Source: an uncultured Roseivirgaceae bacterium (GTDB taxonomy: Bacteria; Bacteroidota; Bacteroidia; Cytophagales; Cyclobacteriaceae). From it: DNA of 64,000 bases. Every line of letters begins with the position of its first letter. Position 1 is the first letter of the stretch. Below the pieces are notes generated by a model. The model searched no databases and was not told the DNA's origin. It saw only the letters and a program-made list of their open reading frames with translations. The translations under genes were made by a program, and so were the position numbers. Location of the stretch: assembly GCA_964404445.1 (NCBI GenBank), contig CAYOJW010000009.1, positions 1 through 64,000 on the forward strand. The letters are read 5' to 3'. Positions 58,223 to 64,000 of this stretch are shown here, piece after piece.

Positions 58223-60280
58223 TTATTTATGTTCAGGAAAACGTATCCTGAACCGGGAGCCTTCGCCCGGTTCGGAATAAAGATCAATTACACCACCAAG
58301 CCTGTCAACCAAAATTTTGACAATGGCAAGCCCCAGCCCGTTTGAGGTTTCGCCTGCGGTAGGGCGTGCACTTAGTTTTTTAAATTTCTGATAAAGATAT
58401 TTCTTATCCTGTTCACTAAAACCCGGTCCGTGATCCTTCACCTCCAGGATGTTAACGTTATCTTTCCTTTCGGCTGATATAATAATGAGCGAATTGCGGG
58501 GCGAAAACTTCACGGCATTTGAAAGGAGGTTATCTATAATGCGTGTGAGATACAACGGGTCGATGTAAATATCGTCAATGCCGTGCTCAACAAATTTAAT
58601 TTCAATTTCCTTAATAGCGGCATAATGCCGGAAAGCCGTTACCCGGTCGTGCAAAAATGTACTTAAATTAAAGTGGGTATAGTTTGGCTCGCGGTTAGCC
58701 TCAAACGAGTTTACATCTAACAAATCCACGATCAGGTCAAGACCTGTTCGGGTTGATTCGCGCATGAGCGACAAATATTTTTTCTGGTTCGCAGTGAGGT
58801 TATCTTCGGTTTCTACAAGGTCGGCCAGGCCATGAATACGGTTTAACGGTGATTTCAAATCATGCGCCACGATGTTCATGAGCGTATCTTTTTCGTGGTT
58901 CAAATCCGAAAGCTCGTGGTTGTGTTTTCCCAGCTTTTCGTTTTGTGCAGCAATCTCTTCCTGCTGTTTCAGGATTTCCTGATTTTGTTTCTCTAATTTT
59001 TCATTAACCTCGCGTTTTCTTTTTGTGTTGTGGTATTGCACAAAAAACAAAGCACTCACAAATACGATGGTGGCAATAAGAATAATATTTTCGAGTTTTT
59101 GCTGCTTGATAATAGCATCGTTTCGTATGCTGTTGGCTTTTAAGATTTCGTTTTCACTTTCTTTCTTTTCGATTTCTAATTGAAACTGGAGTTTTTCGAT
59201 TTGGCGCGCCAACTCAATGCTTTGCAACGATTCCTTCAAAATAAGATACCGGTTAATGTGCAGGGTTGCTTTCTCGTCCTGGCCTTTTCGCTCATAAATC
59301 TGCGACATATAAAAATGGGCATCGCGCTGCAAATCGAGGTTGGCTTCTTGTGGTAAGGCAAAAAAGTCTTTCAGGTACTTTGTTGCCTGATCGTATTGTT
59401 TAAGTTTAAAATAAATTTGCGCCATCAATAAATTGGCGCGCGGCAGCAACCGTTGATTGGAGGCCTGTACCACCATCTTATACGCATCGTGAGCCATGGT
59501 GTCGGCCTCATGAACATTTCCGGTAGCCGACAGGAATTCTGCCCAGCCCATGCGTATTTCGGCCACGCTTATTAAGTCGTTCACACTTAATGCCAGTGCA
59601 TCGGCTTTTCTGAAACACGCTTCGGCACTATCGCGTTGCTTTAAGTCGCTATACACAAGACCCAACTCCGTTAATGCCGATACGATTGGCCGAAGTTGAC
59701 CAACCTTTACGCGCAAGCGGTAGGCTTCCAACGACATATTTAATGCTTTACTGTAATCGCCCTGCGATTTGTATAAGTTCGACAGACTTCGGGCTACGTA
59801 CGCCATTCCTACATCTTCGTGGGTTTTCCCGAAAATATCCTGTGCTTTAATGAAGTTTGTGTAGGCACGGGTTAAATCACCCTGATCAAAAAACAAACGT
59901 CCTAAATTATTAAAGGTGTAAGCTAATTGTACCGAATCCTTTTGCTCTTCTGCAACCTGAATCGCCTGGTTATAATAGGTAAAGGCCATTTTGTAATCGC
60001 CTTTGTAGGCATTGGCCAGCCCGATAAAATTTAATGGGCTTGATAAATTCTTTTTTAGTTTTAATTCGGTGCCCAGCGCAAAAGCCTGCTTACCATAAAA
60101 GATGGTGCTATCGGGTTTTGAAAGGCGGTACTCAAAGCTAAGCTCATTGAGGGCGGCAAATTTTTCTTCGCCCTCGCCCCGGGTAACAACCCCCTTCAGA
60201 CTGTCAATGCGCGATACGTTTTGAGCCGTTACCTGCAAAAAAGACAGTAAAAATATTAAGACCAATACCGAAAAGCGCAC
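58223..60280 (-). CDS. TPR-repeat sensor histidine kinase (HisKA plus HATPase_c)
   Basis: Signal/TM, TPR repeats, TM, coiled coil, H-box AHDLKSPLN, G-boxes. Confidence 0.8.
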   Translation of the reverse strand: MRFSVLVLIFLLSFLQVTAQNVSRIDSLKGVVTRGEGEEKFAALNELSFEYRLSKPDSTIFYGKQAFALGTELKLKKNLSSPLNFIGLANAYKGDYKMAFTYYNQAIQVAEEQKDSVQLAYTFNNLGRLFFDQGDLTRAYTNFIKAQDIFGKTHEDVGMAYVARSLSNLYKSQGDYSKALNMSLEAYRLRVKVGQLRPIVSALTELGLVYSDLKQRDSAEACFRKADALALSVNDLISVAEIRMGWAEFLSATGNVHEADTMAHDAYKMVVQASNQRLLPRANLLMAQIYFKLKQYDQATKYLKDFFALPQEANLDLQRDAHFYMSQIYERKGQDEKATLHINRYLILKESLQSIELARQIEKLQFQLEIEKKESENEILKANSIRNDAIIKQQKLENIILIATIVFVSALFFVQYHNTKRKREVNEKLEKQNQEILKQQEEIAAQNEKLGKHNHELSDLNHEKDTLMNIVAHDLKSPLNRIHGLADLVETEDNLTANQKKYLSLMRESTRTGLDLIVDLLDVNSFEANREPNYTHFNLSTFLHDRVTAFRHYAAIKEIEIKFVEHGIDDIYIDPLYLTRIIDNLLSNAVKFSPRNSLIIISAERKDNVNILEVKDHGPGFSEQDKKYLYQKFKKLSARPTAGETSNGLGLAIVKILVDRLGGVIDLYSEPGEGSRFRIRFPEHK

Positions 60281-60345
60281 CTATATAGAATATTTCGTTT
60301 AAAAATACGAAAAATACGCCATTTCAAACGAATGTAAATTCAATC

Positions 60346-61590
60346 TCATGGTTTATCATGCTCTACAAAATCGAGGTCTTTATGGAAAGTTTCTTCGGTG
60401 AAATAAAAGGCCACCAGGGTAACGACCACCGTTACAATACCCGTTACAATACCGCTTTGCACCAACGACCAGCCCCACGATTTCTGAAAAATATTTAAGA
60501 ACAACAGATTGATCAACGGCAGTGCGCCCCGTACCATATTGGGTATGGTGGTAGCGGCCGTTGCCCGCAGGTTTGTACCAAACTGTTCGGCTCCCATAGT
60601 AACAAAAATGGCCCAAAAACCGGTGCTGAATCCGAGCAAACCGCAGATGACATACATGGTTGTATCGCTGTTGTTAAACGGACTGAAAAAAAACGCCAAA
60701 CAAACGATTGTCATCAGGTAAAATATAAGCAGTGCTTTTTTCCGGCTTCTAAGTTGCTGGCTCAACAGCCCAATCAGTATATCGCCTATGGCAATACCCG
60801 AATAGGCAAACATGATCGAACGACCCGAATCAATAGCCTTGCTTCCATACAGGCTTTCGGCAAACTTATCGCTTTGGTTTACGACAATCCCAATCACATA
60901 CCATGTTGGCAACCCGATTAAAATAGCCAGTACATATTTTTTGAACCGGGCGAGTTTTGTAAAAAACATTGTGAAGTCGCCCCGGCTGATGGCCGTGTCT
61001 TTTACCTGATTGAACAATCCCGATTCAGCCACCTTTACCCGAAGCAACAGCAACAGTATGCCCAGGCCACCACCAATTTTGTAGCATAGCCGCCAGTCGC
61101 CTGTTAACTGATATGTAAAGTAAGCCACCACGGCACCGCTTAATCCTATACCGGCAACAAGCGATGTGCCTATGCCACGTTTGTTTTTCGGAAGCAGTTC
61201 ACTTACCAATGTAATCCCTGCCCCTAACTCGCCCGCTAACCCCAGGCCTGCCACAAAACGGCACCAGGCATATTGATCAACAGTTTGAATAAACCCTGTT
61301 ACAAAATTCGCAACCGAATACAATATGATTGAGCCAAACAGCACGGACAGCCTTCCGCGTTTGTCGCCAAGCACACCCCACAATATCCCGCCTAATAACA
61401 AACCGGTCATTTGCCAGTTCATCACCTTCGTGCTATCGACCAGCATGGTGGCATGCGTAGCGCCTACACCCAGCAGGCTTGGCGTTTTCACAATGGTGAA
61501 TAAAAGCAGATCGTAGATGTCAACAAAATAACCAAGTGCCGCTACGATTACCGGAATACTAAAGAGTTTCTTATGGTCGTGCTGTTCCAT
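60346..61590 (-). CDS. MFS transporter
   Basis: 12 TM; GDKRGRLSV (MFS signature loop 2-3). Confidence 0.85.
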   Translation of the reverse strand: MEQHDHKKLFSIPVIVAALGYFVDIYDLLLFTIVKTPSLLGVGATHATMLVDSTKVMNWQMTGLLLGGILWGVLGDKRGRLSVLFGSIILYSVANFVTGFIQTVDQYAWCRFVAGLGLAGELGAGITLVSELLPKNKRGIGTSLVAGIGLSGAVVAYFTYQLTGDWRLCYKIGGGLGILLLLLRVKVAESGLFNQVKDTAISRGDFTMFFTKLARFKKYVLAILIGLPTWYVIGIVVNQSDKFAESLYGSKAIDSGRSIMFAYSGIAIGDILIGLLSQQLRSRKKALLIFYLMTIVCLAFFFSPFNNSDTTMYVICGLLGFSTGFWAIFVTMGAEQFGTNLRATAATTIPNMVRGALPLINLLFLNIFQKSWGWSLVQSGIVTGIVTVVVTLVAFYFTEETFHKDLDFVEHDKP

Positions 61591-61691
61591 TGCGGGTCAA
61601 GTTTCGCATAAATTATAAAAATAGCGGAGCCAAAAAAAGCGCCAGTGAAACAGCGCCTTTGTTCAGTTTCAGAAACTTCTATATCTGTAAG

Positions 61692-62684
61692 TTAATTCGT
61701 TCCGAGTATCTTAAAAAGTTCATCCAGATTCGGGGTAATGATTATTTCTGTTCTGCGGTTTTTCTGTTTGTTTTGAGTCGTTGTATTGGGTGCCAGAGGC
61801 ACGTATTCGCCTTTTCCGGCTGCCGTAACCTGCCCCGGAGCAAGGCCGGCTTTTGTCAAAATTTTTGTAATGGCCGTAGCCCGCATTACGCTCAAATCCC
61901 AGTTATCGTTCATGTATTGCGATTTTTTAGAAATGGGCACATTATCGGTATGGCCTTCTACCATAATGTGAATATCTTTTTGGTCTTTAATGGCCTTTGC
62001 CAATTGTTGTAATGCTGTAACGCCTTTTGCATCTACTTCGGTGCTGCCCGATGCAAACAATAATTGCTCGGCCAGCGATACATATACTTTTCCGTTTTTA
62101 ACATTTACGGTAAGATCGTTCTCTTTGAAATTCAACAACGCATTGCTGATACTGTTTTTCAAATCATTAACCGCTTTGTCTTTTGCGGCCATAATGCTCT
62201 CTAACTCTTTTACTTTCTTCTCACGTTCAGTAAGGCTTACATTCAGCGAATCATTCAGCTTGCGGGTACGGTCTAAGTTATTTTGTATGGCTAACAGTTG
62301 CTCTTGTTGTTGCGCCATGTCGCGGTTTAGCTTTCCGCTGCTGCCTAACAGGTTTTTATAGTATGCGCTTAGTTGCGCGTGTTCTTTTTCCAGTTCATTT
62401 AGTTTAGCCGATGTAGCACGCACCTCTTGCCCCAAAGCCGTTGTATCACCGGCAAGTTTTTTCACCTGCGAATCCAACCCCTGAATATTGTTGTTTGCTT
62501 TGCTTAACAATGTATCGCGGTCGGCCAGATCGGCATCAAGTCTTACTTTCTGCGCCAGCAAATCGTCATACTTCTTTTTACTGACAATGCATGATGATAA
62601 GACAATTGAAAAAAATACAAGAAAGACGATGAGCTTATTCATATAGGTTAAAAAATAGTTCAGGCAAATATCGAACAGTCCCAA
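61692..62684 (-). CDS. OmpA-family protein with an N-terminal coiled-coil
   Basis: C-terminal OmpA domain (GHTDNVP… NRRTEI); long coiled-coil N-terminus; single N-terminal TM or signal. Confidence 0.8.
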   Translation of the reverse strand: MGLFDICLNYFLTYMNKLIVFLVFFSIVLSSCIVSKKKYDDLLAQKVRLDADLADRDTLLSKANNNIQGLDSQVKKLAGDTTALGQEVRATSAKLNELEKEHAQLSAYYKNLLGSSGKLNRDMAQQQEQLLAIQNNLDRTRKLNDSLNVSLTEREKKVKELESIMAAKDKAVNDLKNSISNALLNFKENDLTVNVKNGKVYVSLAEQLLFASGSTEVDAKGVTALQQLAKAIKDQKDIHIMVEGHTDNVPISKKSQYMNDNWDLSVMRATAITKILTKAGLAPGQVTAAGKGEYVPLAPNTTTQNKQKNRRTEIIITPNLDELFKILGTN

Positions 62685-62766
62685 CTAAAAACCAATATAG
62701 TCTTTTGCTTCCGTTCTTTTCAGGTAAATTAACCTACATTTCAAACAAACACGTATAACAGCCAGC

Positions 62767-64000
62767 TTACTGAATAACCAATGTGTTTTCATCGATTATA
62801 AACATTTTCGGCATGGCATCTTTCGTTGGCCGGAGTTCGACAGCGCTTCCCTGAATGGGTGTAGGCGTTAGCATATTGCCCGTACCATCATACACAAAAA
62901 TAACATCCTGTACACGGTCGGTAATGGATATATAAACTTTACCTGCACCAAAATCGTAGTATCGTACATCCACTGCATTGGTGCCTATAAAATCATTCGA
63001 CAGAAGCTCACGGTTATCCTCACTTAACAAGGTAAGGCGTTTCGCATCCTGACGTTTTAATAAATACGATTTTGAATTTTCTTCACGAACAAGTGCGAAT
63101 TGTGTATCAAACGATGGCTTGATCAACGTTTCCCGGCTTAATATTTTTCCATCGAGATTAAACTTAACCCGGAAACCATCGCGCGCCACACATACAAAAT
63201 TTGTTGTAGCCAACGAGTTGCCGGTTTCTAAATAATAATCGCCACCGGGTCGCATATCCAAATCTAACGGAAACCCTTTCAGCGTTTCGCCCCGTCTATT
63301 CATTAAATACGCATGGCCGTCATTACGAATGGCAACCATATAATCTTTACCTCGAATACGGTAATGACGAGGCGCTGCAAACAAATCATCGCCAACTTGT
63401 TTGGGTGTCCAGCCCTCAAGATTTTTAGCCTCTTTATCGAAAATCCACAACTTACCCGATTTGTCTGATAACAGGAACCGGTACTTCTTACTTTTATCGT
63501 AATCCACTACACCGGCATACTCCAAATCTTTAATCCTGACAGCTTGCGGATAAGGTGTCACATAATTACCCAGCCGGTCAATAACATGCAACGCCTGGCG
63601 GGTTGCAAAAAAGAATTGCATCTTTCCATTATTGTAAAAATCAACCTGGTGTACCTCGCCAACAATACTACTTTCCAATTTTTTCTGCCACAATATTTTA
63701 CCTTCGGCCGACAGGTGATATACCGTAAACGTTGAATCCTGAACCAGCACTTCATCATCGCGGTTCACATGGCTTCGCACAACATACGGTCTTGTAATAA
63801 CCGGTGCGTTTAAACTGGCCACTAACTTGTTTGCCTGCGCTTTCGGCTGAGGTTTGTTTTGACTCTTTCCGACACTTCCGTGAGTCCAGGTAATGTTGGT
63901 ATAAAAACTTTCGTTAAGATGACTGAATTGAATAGCACCTAAGTCGAAAGAGTTCAACAACGATTGATTTTGTTTAATAAAATCCCGCCAACGGGGATTC
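62767..64000 (-). CDS. Hypothetical protein, 3' part only; the frame stays open past the window end
   Basis: No stop in frame upstream of the track start codon (a TTG) through position 64000. Confidence 0.4.
   Translation of the reverse strand, partial: NPRWRDFIKQNQSLLNSFDLGAIQFSHLNESFYTNITWTHGSVGKSQNKPQPKAQANKLVASLNAPVITRPYVVRSHVNRDDEVLVQDSTFTVYHLSAEGKILWQKKLESSIVGEVHQVDFYNNGKMQFFFATRQALHVIDRLGNYVTPYPQAVRIKDLEYAGVVDYDKSKKYRFLLSDKSGKLWIFDKEAKNLEGWTPKQVGDDLFAAPRHYRIRGKDYMVAIRNDGHAYLMNRRGETLKGFPLDLDMRPGGDYYLETGNSLATTNFVCVARDGFRVKFNLDGKILSRETLIKPSFDTQFALVREENSKSYLLKRQDAKRLTLLSEDNRELLSNDFIGTNAVDVRYYDFGAGKVYISITDRVQDVIFVYDGTGNMLTPTPIQGSAVELRPTKDAMPKMFIIDENTLVIQ

Noticed and set aside
1-64000. Search for tRNA, rRNA or tmRNA genes and integrase/transposase genes that would mark a classical mobile element
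   Set aside because: I saw no T-loop (GGTTCGAnTCC-like) contexts, rRNA-like conserved blocks or DDE/tyrosine-recombinase motifs in any ORF. The accessory features here are small cassettes without their own recombinase.

Overview
This 64-kb window looks like a chromosomal stretch from a Bacteroidota bacterium, most likely a Chitinophagia, Sphingobacteriia or Cytophagia-type gliding organism. The signals for that are T9SS C-terminal sorting domains next to a PorP/SprF gene, a GxxExxY gene, TonB-dependent receptors and many lipoprotein signal peptides. Most of the window is housekeeping and envelope genes: argS, fmt, folA, nth, cinA, a 2-oxoacid dehydrogenase E2, a cystathionine gamma-synthase-family enzyme, an M13 peptidase, an NfeD–flotillin pair, a polyamine set (arginine decarboxylase-like, agmatinase-like, deoxyhypusine-synthase-like) and three two-component systems. 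I found no rRNA, tRNA or CRISPR array.

The accessory-looking content is as follows. (1) A Type II restriction–modification pair, a PD-ExK endonuclease plus a C5-cytosine methyltransferase, sits between argS and an ORF-free, strand-asymmetric ~840-bp segment at the window start that could be a structured RNA or an element remnant. (2) The GxxExxY (PD-(D/E)XK-like) gene is bracketed by CCGCAAAG-type direct and inverted repeats. (3) A DUF4143/AAA ATPase gene is bracketed by two perfect 55-bp direct repeats, each a 19-bp-stem hairpin. (4) An OmpR/HK two-component system lies directly upstream of an ICMT-family membrane methyltransferase and a PAP2 phosphatase, which I read as a possible envelope-lipid (lipid A-type) remodelling module. 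(5) A secreted protein is made almost entirely of ~11-residue QxxGxxN repeats. (6) A T9SS cargo cluster has long internal DNA tandem repeats, including three 327-bp copies in an LRR/choice-of-anchor-D protein and a perfect 90-bp tandem duplication in a tail-fibre-like repeat protein. Several strong bidirectional terminator hairpins are also listed.

All function calls come from motif-level reading of the translations. I ran no database search or RNA-model scan, so families are named only where diagnostic motifs are visible.
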